Below, one piece after another: positions 17,539-26,968 of a stretch of 64,000 bases of DNA; within the stretch, counting starts at the first letter, position 1, and every line of letters begins with the position of its first letter. The translations under genes and the position numbers were made by a program. Below the pieces are notes generated by a model. It was not told the origin of the DNA. It worked only from the letters and a program-made list of their open reading frames with translations, and ran no database searches. This stretch comes from Spirochaetia bacterium (GTDB lineage Bacteria > Spirochaetota > Spirochaetia > SZUA-6 > Bin103): positions 1,216,001-1,280,000 of the forward strand of contig OZ241863.1 in the NCBI GenBank assembly GCA_965203055.1, in the 5' to 3' direction.

Positions 17539-20517
17539 ATGGCGACCTTCAAGACCAGCGCCAGAACGCTCGACATGCTCGGTCGCCAACAGATAGCGGG
17601 GATTCCAACGGCGATCAGCGAGCTATTCAAGAACGCGCACGACGCGTACGCCGACCGGGTAGAGATCGACTACTACCGGAGCGACGGGCTGTTCGTGCTG
17701 CGCGACGACGGCATCGGCATGACCAAGGCCGAGTTTACTGAGCGATGGCTTACCATCGGTACCGACAGCAAGGTCGACCCTCAGAAACGGAGCGGTCTTC
17801 ATCATTCCTCCGGCAGGCCACGACGGCCGATATTGGGAGAAAAAGGTATCGGTCGCCTGGCGATCGCCACGATCGGCCACCAGGTGCTGGTACTGACGCG
17901 CGCCAAACGCAACGGTACGTTGTCGGACCTGACGGCGGCGTTCATTAACTGGAGTATCTTCGCGTGCCCGGGAATAGACCTCGACGACATTCGTATTCCG
18001 ATTCGCAGTTTTCGCGGCGGAGAGTTGCCGAACGCCGAGGAGGTGGCCGAGATGGTTGCCGACTTCCGGCACGGTATTGGGCGACTGAAAGCAAGGATCG
18101 ACCGTGATCACTACGAGCGCATCGAGCGTGAATTGGATCGATTCAAGGTCGATCCTCAGGACATCGATGGCTACCGTCGCGCTCCGACGCTCCGCGCATC
18201 AGGGGCCGGCACGCACTTCATTCTGCTTCCGGCTTCCGATCTGCTCGCTGAAGACATTGACGTTGATCCTAGTGTCGATAAAGAGCCTCGACTGACGAAA
18301 GCGCTGCTGGGCTTCGCGAATACCATGTCGATCGACAAGCGGGAACCGGTCATCCGTACCGCCTTCAGAGACCATAGATCGAATGTGCTCTGCAATGACC
18401 TGATCACTGAGCGTAAGTTTTTCACTCGGGAAGATTTTCGCAACGCGGATCATCAGGTAACCGGAAAGTTCGACGAGTATGGTCAGTTTACCGGTCGCGT
18501 AGCGATATACGGAGATACGATCGAGGACCACGTCATACCCTGGCGCAATCCGGACGGACGGCCTACGGCGTGCGGTCCGTTCGACATCAGTTTCGCCGCG
18601 GTCGAAGGAGAGGCCAGACATTCCACGCTTCCGCCGGAGGAACACGCGTCGATCGTGGACAAGACCAATCGGTTGGGCGGTCTGTACATATTTCGTGATG
18701 GCATCCGTATTCTGCCGTACGGGGATACCGACTACGACTGGCTCGACATCGAGTTTCGACGGACGAAGAGCGCCTATTACTACTATTTCTCTCACCGCAA
18801 GATGTTCGGGGTCGTGGAAATCGATTCCGAGCGCAACGGCGGTCTTCACGAGAAGGCCGGCAGGGAAGGCTTTCGAGAAAACAAGGCATATCGTCAGCTC
18901 CGTAGTATCTTGCGCAACTTCTTCGTGCAGATGGCAGCCGACTTCTTTCGCAAGGAAGGCGCGCACAGCGATCGTTTCGAGACGCGGAAGGCGGATCTGG
19001 AGAAGACGGAGATGGACCGGCGGCGGCGGGAAAGACTCGTTTCCGTGAAGCGCCGCCGCATGATGGATGACCTCGGCACGTTTTTCGCGCGGGTGGAGCG
19101 AGGTGAGCCGGAGGACCGGGCACTGCGGCTGAGCCAGAACGTCGAGGACCAACTACGGAACGCGCTTCGCATGGAAGATCCACAACAGGCGGCGCAGGAG
19201 ATCATACGCATCGAACGGAGCGCTGCGGCTGACCTGCGTGACCTGGAGGCGCGCTATCGCGTAGCGCGGCCGAAGGTCGCTTTGACCAAGGCACTGCAGC
19301 GGGAGTGGCGCGCGTACACTGCCGCGTCCGCCGAGCTCGAGACCAATGTATTTCGGGAAACACGGGAATCGATCGAGGATCTCATCAGCGACGAGGCGGA
19401 GAAGGCCCGCCTGGAACTCGATCATCGGCTGCGGATGGAGACGACCCTCAACGAACTTGCGGAACACGCCAGGAAGGAGACGCGCCACCGCGGAGCCGAG
19501 GCGCGACGCAAAGCCGACTCGATGGCGCATGAGGTGCGCACAGCGGCGACGGCGTGCATCAGGGAGGTCGAGTCGGCATTGCGGTCCGTAGTCGTCGACT
19601 TCCAACGCACGGAGTTGTCATCGTTCGAAAACGATGAGTTCCGGCGTATACGCGAGCGGTGGGAATCGAATATACGCGAGGTGTGGGAGAAACGGTCGAC
19701 GCGCCTCGAATCGATTCGGTCGCAGCTCGAGGCAATAGATCTGAGCGGTGCGGCGTCGACGCTGGAGGACCAGCTCGTTGCCGTCGAACAACGAAACGTG
19801 CTGCTGGAGGAGGAAGCGGCCGTCGATCTCCAGCTAGCTCAGCTTGGCATGGCGGTCGAGATCATAAACCACGAATTCCGGGCTACGGTCGGTTCGCTGC
19901 GCAACAATCTGCGGGGACTCAAGGCGTGGGCGGACGTGAACCCGGGACTCAAAGGGCTCTATCGGAACATACGGGCCAGCTTCGATCATCTTGACGGGTA
20001 CCTTACGCTGTTCACGCCGCTGCATCGACGGCTCTACCGCAAGGAGGTCGAGATCCTCGGTTCGGAGATATACACCTTCCTGAAGGATCTGTTCAACGAA
20101 CGGCTTGCGCGCCATGACGTGAGGATGTCACGGACCGACGCCTTTTCCGAATCCGTGACGATAGGCTACCCGTCATCCTTCTACCCGGTGTTCGTCAATC
20201 TGGTCGATAACGCGATCTTCTGGCTGTCGCAACGGAACCCTACCGAGGAGCGGACCATCGAACTCGATGCCGCGCAAGGAGCGTTTATGATAAATGACTC
20301 AGGTCCCGGCATACCTCGACGAGACCGGGAGGCGATCTTCGAATACGGTTTCACCAGGAAGCCCGGCGGACGAGGGATGGGCCTAGCCATATCCCGCGAG
20401 ACGCTACACAGGGTAGGCTATGATCTCACGCTGGCAGAACCCGCGGCGAACGGCGGAGCGACGTTCCTGATTAGTCCACACAATACGCACAAGGAGCGAA
20501 CCAACGGTGCCAAATAA
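17539..20517 (+). CDS. MORC-like GHKL ATPase fused to a C-terminal histidine kinase (HK1)
   Basis: N-terminal ELFKNAHDA, DDGIGM and GEKGIGR; long coiled coil; H-box INHEF; HATPase NLVDNA, DSGPGI and GRGMGL. Confidence 0.88.
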   Translation: MATFKTSARTLDMLGRQQIAGIPTAISELFKNAHDAYADRVEIDYYRSDGLFVLRDDGIGMTKAEFTERWLTIGTDSKVDPQKRSGLHHSSGRPRRPILGEKGIGRLAIATIGHQVLVLTRAKRNGTLSDLTAAFINWSIFACPGIDLDDIRIPIRSFRGGELPNAEEVAEMVADFRHGIGRLKARIDRDHYERIERELDRFKVDPQDIDGYRRAPTLRASGAGTHFILLPASDLLAEDIDVDPSVDKEPRLTKALLGFANTMSIDKREPVIRTAFRDHRSNVLCNDLITERKFFTREDFRNADHQVTGKFDEYGQFTGRVAIYGDTIEDHVIPWRNPDGRPTACGPFDISFAAVEGEARHSTLPPEEHASIVDKTNRLGGLYIFRDGIRILPYGDTDYDWLDIEFRRTKSAYYYYFSHRKMFGVVEIDSERNGGLHEKAGREGFRENKAYRQLRSILRNFFVQMAADFFRKEGAHSDRFETRKADLEKTEMDRRRRERLVSVKRRRMMDDLGTFFARVERGEPEDRALRLSQNVEDQLRNALRMEDPQQAAQEIIRIERSAAADLRDLEARYRVARPKVALTKALQREWRAYTAASAELETNVFRETRESIEDLISDEAEKARLELDHRLRMETTLNELAEHARKETRHRGAEARRKADSMAHEVRTAATACIREVESALRSVVVDFQRTELSSFENDEFRRIRERWESNIREVWEKRSTRLESIRSQLEAIDLSGAASTLEDQLVAVEQRNVLLEEEAAVDLQLAQLGMAVEIINHEFRATVGSLRNNLRGLKAWADVNPGLKGLYRNIRASFDHLDGYLTLFTPLHRRLYRKEVEILGSEIYTFLKDLFNERLARHDVRMSRTDAFSESVTIGYPSSFYPVFVNLVDNAIFWLSQRNPTEERTIELDAAQGAFMINDSGPGIPRRDREAIFEYGFTRKPGGRGMGLAISRETLHRVGYDLTLAEPAANGGATFLISPHNTHKERTNGAK

Positions 20518-22081
20518 CTTCGATGAACGATGCCGGGAGATCGCAAGACGGTTTCTCGTCAGCGCGGTGGTCGTGGATGACCAGCCGTATTACGGCGGAA
20601 CGGAGCCGGTCGGACCTCTGCGAACGCCAAGCCGCACCGATCGGACGGTTGGCGACGAGAAACCGCCGGGACGCGGCGGCGGTCAGAGCCTGGACGCGGG
20701 CGCGATTACGGATTCGTTCTCCAAGGTCGGTCTCATTTGCGGAGTCGTCAAGCCCGCAGATGACGGGGACGTCGACGCGGCGGCGGTCAGGCGTGCGGAT
20801 CTGCTCGTGATCGACTGGCAATTGCAAGATGACAGTGGCACGCGAGCTCTGAAACTGATCAATTCGATCTTGGAAGGCGATCAAGGCCAACGGCTCCGCT
20901 TGATAGCCGTGTATACCGGAGAGCCGGATATCGCCGGGATCGGAGAGCAGATAAATAAGAAGTTGTGTAATCGATACGATCTTAAGAGTGGAACGAGGGA
21001 CCATCCCGTTACGCTATCTTGCGGACATTGCCGCATCGTAATCTATGCGAAGCTGGGTACGCAGTTGAATCAGGAACTTATGAATTGGGCGGTAAGCGAA
21101 GCAAACCTTCCGGATCTGCTGATCGATGACTTTGTGCGGATGACGACGGGACTCGTGCCGAGTATTGCGCTCGTCGCGCTGACCGCGGTCCGCGAAAACC
21201 CACATCAAGTACTGGACAAGTTCGACAGCAGACTCGATGCGGCGTTCCTCGCGCATCGAGCGTGCCTTCCCATCCCGGATGATTCAGGGCAGCACATGGT
21301 GGCTCAGATCGCGAGTGAATTACGCGCTATTATGGAGGAGGAGGTCGGCCGGGATCCGCCGAAGTGGATGGAAGCGATAAAATTGTGGATCGAGAAATTC
21401 AAGGGTAGCGGGGATATTGTGTTCGAGGACGAACGGGTTCCTCAGAAAGGCGTGCTCGATATGCTTGAGAGGGGAGTAGACGCTACGAAGGTGCGCAGTA
21501 ACAGGAAACGTGAGCGTCCGCACCTTTGGCTGACAGACGGCTTTGTCCGCTCCGACGATCCGAAAGATATCGATCGCCGACTTGCGTGGCTAATGTGCTT
21601 TCGGGCCATTGATCCGCCGGACAAGAGGCTCTGGCTGGGTACCGCCGTGCGGAGATGCGGATACTCCGATTGCGAGGAGCTTCTGCTATGCATGAGGCCG
21701 AGATGCGACAGCGTGCGGATGAAGGGAGCGGAATCGTTCCTCTTTCTGCCGCTGCTGATCGATCCTAAGCCGGGTAAGTTTCAGCTTGTGGTGCGATCGA
21801 GTGCGAAGGGTCCAAAGTACTGCCCGGTCAGTGTAGACACGGACATGTCGCGGTGGAAAATGATCGAGTTCGAGCCCGATCCGACCGCCAAGGCGGTCGT
21901 CGCGCAGAAGGAGGAGAACGGGTCGGCCGGGTACGTCTTCACGGACGTATGTGGCAAGCGATACGAGTGGATCGGGGAATTGAAGACGGAGGTCGCGCAC
22001 AGCGTGGGGCAGACCCTCGGGTCCACGCTGTCGCGCATCGCTTTGGACAGATCCGAGTGGCTCAGGAGATCGGAGCGTTGA
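20507..22081 (+). CDS. Receiver-domain protein with a large C-terminal domain (Response_reg_2-like; RR1)
   Basis: VVVDDQ, LLVIDWQL (phospho-acceptor Asp) and AVYTG; overlaps the HK1 stop. Confidence 0.8.
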   Translation: MPNNFDERCREIARRFLVSAVVVDDQPYYGGTEPVGPLRTPSRTDRTVGDEKPPGRGGGQSLDAGAITDSFSKVGLICGVVKPADDGDVDAAAVRRADLLVIDWQLQDDSGTRALKLINSILEGDQGQRLRLIAVYTGEPDIAGIGEQINKKLCNRYDLKSGTRDHPVTLSCGHCRIVIYAKLGTQLNQELMNWAVSEANLPDLLIDDFVRMTTGLVPSIALVALTAVRENPHQVLDKFDSRLDAAFLAHRACLPIPDDSGQHMVAQIASELRAIMEEEVGRDPPKWMEAIKLWIEKFKGSGDIVFEDERVPQKGVLDMLERGVDATKVRSNRKRERPHLWLTDGFVRSDDPKDIDRRLAWLMCFRAIDPPDKRLWLGTAVRRCGYSDCEELLLCMRPRCDSVRMKGAESFLFLPLLIDPKPGKFQLVVRSSAKGPKYCPVSVDTDMSRWKMIEFEPDPTAKAVVAQKEENGSAGYVFTDVCGKRYEWIGELKTEVAHSVGQTLGSTLSRIALDRSEWLRRSER

Positions 22082-22085
22082 GGCG

Positions 22086-22104
22086 CAACCGGGAGACGCA
22101 GTGA
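22086..22104 (+). repeat. Right copy of the 19-bp direct repeat; contains the GTG start of the PglZ-like gene
   Basis: Matches the last codons of the DUF499 gene; its TGA overlaps the GTG at 22101 (GTGA). Confidence 0.8.
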
Positions 22105-23141
22105 CCGCCCTGCCGCTTGGCCTGTTGCGGACGCTGCAGGCCGCCGCGCCGGCGGAGGCGTGGCGGGCGCTGTTGGGGTTCGTGTGGGAACTCTGCTCGC
22201 CGGCGCTGTCCGGGGACGCCGCCGAAGTGACGCGGCGCGACCGCGCCGCGGCGCCGGCGGACCTGTTTCTGGCGACCGCCGGCTGGGACCTCTGGACCGA
22301 GTACTACGCCAGCGTGCCGCGTACCGCCGAGCGGCTGGCCGCGTGGTGGGCGGCGACCGCGCCGGGCCGCGCGGTGCTGATCCTCGACGCGCTGTCGCTG
22401 CGGGAAGCGCCCTGGTTGCTGCACGGCGCCGCGCAGCGCGGCTACGCCGTGCACGCCGCGGCGGCGACCGGGGCCGAGCTGCCGGCCGACACCGGCCCGT
22501 TTGCCCGCGCCCTGGGGTTCGGGCAGCGCTCGGCGCTCGAAAACGACGGCGCCGGCGGCGCGCACCGGCTGCCGGGCGCCCGCACCGACAGCGTCGATCT
22601 GCCGTGGCGCGACTGCGTTGAACTGATCGACGCGGCGCCGGACTGGGTGCTGTGGCACCACTGGCCGGATGACCGCATCCACGGCCTGAGCGTGCCGGGG
22701 CGGGGGCTGGAGGCGCTCGCCGCGGATACCGCTGCGCAGCTTGCCGGCGACGACTTCTGGGCGCTGGTCGAGCGCTTGACCACCGGCCGGCGGCTGGTGG
22801 TGACCGGCGATCACGGCTACGCCGCCACCGGCTTGTTCCCCGACGCCGCCGACCGGGAACAGACCCGCTATCTGCGAGCGCGCTTCAAGAGCGGGCGGTC
22901 CGCGCCCTCCACGCCTGAAGGGGCCACGCCGGACGGCGCCGCGGCGGACGGCGCCGCGCCGGGCGGCTGGGCGCCGCCGCTGGATGCCGTGGTGGAGACG
23001 CCGCACGGCCGGCACGCGTTCGTGCTCGGCCGGCGCAAGTGGCGGAGCCGGGGCGGCTACCCGACGCTCGCTCACGGCGGCCTGTCGCTGCTGGAGGTCG
23101 CGGTGCCCTTCATCGAGCTGTCGCGGCCCGGCGGGACCTGA
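22101..23141 (+). CDS. PglZ-like alkaline-phosphatase-superfamily protein
   Basis: LILDALS, ELPADT, VTGDHGY and HGGLSLLE, the motif order of the PglZ core. Confidence 0.75.
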   Translation: MTALPLGLLRTLQAAAPAEAWRALLGFVWELCSPALSGDAAEVTRRDRAAAPADLFLATAGWDLWTEYYASVPRTAERLAAWWAATAPGRAVLILDALSLREAPWLLHGAAQRGYAVHAAAATGAELPADTGPFARALGFGQRSALENDGAGGAHRLPGARTDSVDLPWRDCVELIDAAPDWVLWHHWPDDRIHGLSVPGRGLEALAADTAAQLAGDDFWALVERLTTGRRLVVTGDHGYAATGLFPDAADREQTRYLRARFKSGRSAPSTPEGATPDGAAADGAAPGGWAPPLDAVVETPHGRHAFVLGRRKWRSRGGYPTLAHGGLSLLEVAVPFIELSRPGGT

Positions 23142-23155
23142 AGATCGACCTGCGG

Positions 23156-26100
23156 ATGCCGGCACGCAACGGAACCACGAAAGCGGCGCGGCTGGCCGCG
23201 GAGATCGCCCGGGCGGTGGACGCCGGCCGGCCGCGGGCGCTTCCCACCGTGGACTTCGCCGATCCCGATCGCCCGCGGACCTGCCTGGAGGTCGACTTTC
23301 CGATCCTGCCGGTGAATCAGGTGGCGGCCATCGAGGGCAACGCCGGCAAGCCGATCTACCAGATGTCGAAGTGGTGGGCGCGGCGGCGGTCGAGCGTGTT
23401 CCGGGCGCTGCTGATCGCCGCCGCGGCCAAGGCGCCGGACGATCCGGCCGCCGCGGCAAAGCAGGTCTGGGACGCCTACTACGGCAATCACTCCGAGGGC
23501 GGCGCGTTCGCCGGTCTCAAGGTCGCCGACCTGTTCATGGGCGGCGGCACCACCATCGTCGAGGGCGCCCGCCTCGGCATGGAGATGTACGGCACCGATC
23601 TCAACCCGGTCGCCTGGTTCGTGGTCCGCAACGAGCTGGCCGAGGTCGAGCGGTCCGAGGTGGAGGCGCTGCTCGCCGCGGTCGAAGCCGAGGTGCGCCC
23701 GGCGATCATGCCGTTCTACGCCTGCGACTGTCCGCGCGGCCACTCTGGAACCTGGACCCGGCGCGCGACCGGCGAGGCGATGGGACCGGAGTTCGATCCG
23801 CTGGCGCTGCGCCCGGAGCAGCGGGCCGAGTACGACTACGCCGGCCCCGAGGCGATCTACGTGTTCTGGGCCAAGCACGGCCCCTGTCAGGTGACCGGCT
23901 GCGGCCACCGCACGCCGATCATCACCGCCCCGGTCATGGCCGTGAAGACGCTCACCGTGAACGCCTGGGCGCACCGCTGCCGCGCTTGCGGGCGCCCGTT
24001 CGAGGTGGAGGAGCAGGACGCGCGCATGGCGCCCGGGGCGCCGCTGGTCGCCGCCGCGTCGGAGGCCGCCTACGCGGTGCGGCAGGCCGACTTCTCGGTG
24101 CGCTGCCCGCACTGCGCGGCCTGCGAGCCCGTGGTCTCCCCCGACCGCACGCCGCGGCGCAAGAAAGTCGAGCTGGCGCTGTTGATTCATCCGCAATGGC
24201 TGGCCGGGGAGGCCGGGCGGGCGGCGGACGGCGCGCGCTACGGCGGCTCGGTAGCCGACGACGCCGCGTCCACGGTCCGGTGGAACGGCGCCCGCGCCGC
24301 CCGCCTGCGGCTGCTCGAAGTGCGCGGCCCGCTGCCGGAGGAGGTGACCTGCCCGGAGACCGGCCAACGCTTCAAGACCGGCAAGGCGGGCGGCACGGTC
24401 CCGGCGAAGTCGCGCTTCGCGTGCGGCGCCTGCGGCACGGTGCAGGACGTGTTGACCGCGATCAAGGCGTCCGGCGCCACCGGCCCGGTCGCCGCCTACG
24501 CGCTGCAGGGGTATTGCCCGACGTGCGCCGAGGAGCGGCGCCCCTACCGCGGGCGGTTCTTCGCCGCGGTCGACGACCCGCGCCGCTTCGACGCCGCGGC
24601 GCGCGAGTGGGAACGGCGCAAGGAGCAGGACCTTGCGGCCTGGTGGCCGCGTCAGGAGGTCCCGTACGGCTACATGACCGGGATGGCCAACGGCGACATT
24701 CGCCAAGGCCATGGTTTCACTCACTGGTGGACGATGTTCAACCCGCGCCAGCTCCTGGTCCACACCCAGTTGCTGCGCGCCATCGTCGCCGCGGAACCGG
24801 AGCGCCATCGGTGGCCGGCGCGCGAATACGTGCTCGGCGCGTTCCAACAGTACCTGCGCAACCAGAGCATGTTTTCGTTCTGGCATCGTGCGCGCGATCA
24901 CTTCGCTCCCGCCCTTTCCAACAGCAACTATCATCCAAAGGACATATCCGTCGAGGTGGGGGTTTACACGGGCGTGGGCTACGGTACTTGGCCGTCTACC
25001 TACTCACGCCTTATCGATGCGTCTGAGTGGGCCGGGGCGCCGTGGGAGGTCGTGGCCAATGCGCGCCTGCGCCAGCAGGCGCCGGCGCTGCGGGACCGGC
25101 TCGCCGGCAAGAGCGAGAAGGTGTTTCCCGCGGATCCGGTACGCGGGCGGCGGGCAACGCTCGAGTGCCGGTCGGCGACCGACTTGGCCGGCATCCCGGA
25201 CGAGGCCTACGACTTGGTGGTCACCGATCCGCCGTTCGGCGGTCTGCTGCACTATAGCGAGCTGGCCGACTTCTTCTACGTCTGGCTGCGGCTGGCGCTG
25301 CGCGACCGCTATCCCGATCGGTTCACGGCCGAACACACCCCCAAGAGCCTGGAGGCGGTGGCCAACCGGGCGCGCCACCCGGATGCTCCCGACGCCTTCT
25401 ATCGGCGCCTGCTGACCGCCTGCTGGCGGGAGGCGGCGCGCATCCTCAAGCCGGGCGGGCTGCTCACGTTCACCTTCCATCACAGCGAGGACGCGCCGTG
25501 GGTGGCGGTGCTGGAGAGCCTGTTCGACGCCGGCTTCTACCTGCAGGCGACCTATCCGATTCGCAGCGACGAGACCAAGGGGAGGGGCGAGTTTGGCTCC
25601 AAGAAGATCGAGTACGACATCATCCACGTATGCCGCAAGCGCCGGGAGGAACCGCCGCGGGTGAGCTGGGCCCGGATGCGCCGCCAGGTGCTGGCCGACG
25701 TGCGCCACCTGCAGGCCCTGCTGGAGCTGCACCGGCGGAACGGGCTGCCGGAGGCCGACCTGCAGGTGATCCGGCGCGGCAAGGCGCTGGAGTACTTCAG
25801 CCGCCACTACGGCCACGTGTACGTCAACGTGGGCGAGCCGATGTCGGTGCAGGAAGCACTGCGGGGAATCAACCAGCTCCTCGACGAGGAACTGGGCGGC
25901 GCCGGCGATCCGCCGCCGCCCGCCGCCGAGCCGTTCACGCGCCAGTTCCTGCGCCTGTTCGACGGCCGCACCGAGGTGCCGCGCGACCAGCTCCAGAAGT
26001 TGCTGCGCGGCACCGGCAGCGCGCCGGGAGACTTCGCGGAGCGCGGCTGGTGCCGGCAGGAGACCCGGGTCTACCACCTCGTGCCGCCGCGGGAACTGGC

Positions 26101-26404
26101 GCAGGCCCGGATCGACAACCCCGCCGGCATGGTGAGCGACTACGACCAGGCGGCGTTCCTGATCGGCGCCTGCTGCGACGACAGCGGCATCAACGTCACC
26201 GCTACGCTCGACAACGGCAACTTCGCCCAGCATCCCGCCCTGGGCGCGCTGCTCGACTGGTTCGCGCGCCGCGGCGCGACTGACGAGACCCGCACCGCGG
26301 CGGACCGGGCGCGCCGCCTCCTGCGCGACTGGAACGCCCGCAACCGCGACCGGCGCCGCGACCCGCAGCGCGAACTGTTCGTCGACCAGGAAGCGGCGTC
26401 GTGA
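23156..26404 (+). CDS. DUF1156-type DNA adenine methyltransferase with Zn ribbons
   Basis: KWWARR (DUF1156), SAM motif DLFMGGGT, DLNPVA, several CxxC, catalytic TDPPF and FTFHH. Confidence 0.9.
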   Translation: MPARNGTTKAARLAAEIARAVDAGRPRALPTVDFADPDRPRTCLEVDFPILPVNQVAAIEGNAGKPIYQMSKWWARRRSSVFRALLIAAAAKAPDDPAAAAKQVWDAYYGNHSEGGAFAGLKVADLFMGGGTTIVEGARLGMEMYGTDLNPVAWFVVRNELAEVERSEVEALLAAVEAEVRPAIMPFYACDCPRGHSGTWTRRATGEAMGPEFDPLALRPEQRAEYDYAGPEAIYVFWAKHGPCQVTGCGHRTPIITAPVMAVKTLTVNAWAHRCRACGRPFEVEEQDARMAPGAPLVAAASEAAYAVRQADFSVRCPHCAACEPVVSPDRTPRRKKVELALLIHPQWLAGEAGRAADGARYGGSVADDAASTVRWNGARAARLRLLEVRGPLPEEVTCPETGQRFKTGKAGGTVPAKSRFACGACGTVQDVLTAIKASGATGPVAAYALQGYCPTCAEERRPYRGRFFAAVDDPRRFDAAAREWERRKEQDLAAWWPRQEVPYGYMTGMANGDIRQGHGFTHWWTMFNPRQLLVHTQLLRAIVAAEPERHRWPAREYVLGAFQQYLRNQSMFSFWHRARDHFAPALSNSNYHPKDISVEVGVYTGVGYGTWPSTYSRLIDASEWAGAPWEVVANARLRQQAPALRDRLAGKSEKVFPADPVRGRRATLECRSATDLAGIPDEAYDLVVTDPPFGGLLHYSELADFFYVWLRLALRDRYPDRFTAEHTPKSLEAVANRARHPDAPDAFYRRLLTACWREAARILKPGGLLTFTFHHSEDAPWVAVLESLFDAGFYLQATYPIRSDETKGRGEFGSKKIEYDIIHVCRKRREEPPRVSWARMRRQVLADVRHLQALLELHRRNGLPEADLQVIRRGKALEYFSRHYGHVYVNVGEPMSVQEALRGINQLLDEELGGAGDPPPPAAEPFTRQFLRLFDGRTEVPRDQLQKLLRGTGSAPGDFAERGWCRQETRVYHLVPPRELAQARIDNPAGMVSDYDQAAFLIGACCDDSGINVTATLDNGNFAQHPALGALLDWFARRGATDETRTAADRARRLLRDWNARNRDRRRDPQRELFVDQEAAS

Positions 26405-26922
26405 ACCTGCAGCAGGGCGACGTCTGGAAGCGGCGCGGCTGCTCCCTGCTGTGGGACGCCGCCGCCCTGGCGGCGGTGACCGCGCCGGCCGCGGTCGCCT
26501 CGCTGCGGCAATTCTTCGCCATGACCCGCGCCTGGCCGAGGGAGCTGCCGGGCGCCGGCGGCGACGCGCTGGTGGTGGCCGGCGTGGAGGGGTGTCTGGA
26601 CGCCCTGAGCGGCGCCGACGGCCGGACCTGGCTGGAGACCGACCTCAAGCCGGCCCTGCTGAGCTTCCAGGATGAGTATGAGGGGCAGGCGGCGCTGATC
26701 CTGTGGCTGCCGTCGGGCCGCAGCCGCATCCGCATGGTCACCGCCACCGAGGAGTACTTCTGGCACGACGACCGCGCCGCGGCCTCCGGCGGGCTGCCGC
26801 TCGGCCGCTGCCTGTGGGCCGGCGCCGAGTCGGACGCGGCGCGCATCATCGTCTCCGCCGCGCCGCAGCCCGATGTCGACGGTCCCGCCTGGGCCGGCCT
26901 CTACCACCCGCGCCTCTCATGA
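26401..26922 (+). CDS. Small hypothetical protein of the island core (possibly an inactive NTPase-fold, BrxB-like subunit)
   Basis: GTGA overlap with the methylase; LVVAGVEGCLD resembles a degenerate Walker B. The fold is inferred. Confidence 0.65.
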   Translation: MNLQQGDVWKRRGCSLLWDAAALAAVTAPAAVASLRQFFAMTRAWPRELPGAGGDALVVAGVEGCLDALSGADGRTWLETDLKPALLSFQDEYEGQAALILWLPSGRSRIRMVTATEEYFWHDDRAAASGGLPLGRCLWAGAESDAARIIVSAAPQPDVDGPAWAGLYHPRLS

Positions 26923-26968
26923 CGGGCTATATTGAGTGACACGTGCAGGTAAGATAGAGGAGATACAA

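Noticed and set aside
22920..22965. GATPDGAAADGAAP insert in the PglZ-like protein resembling GAAPDGAAPDGA in the sulfotransferase (~58100)
   Set aside because: Low-complexity GC-rich microduplications that are probably coincidental.
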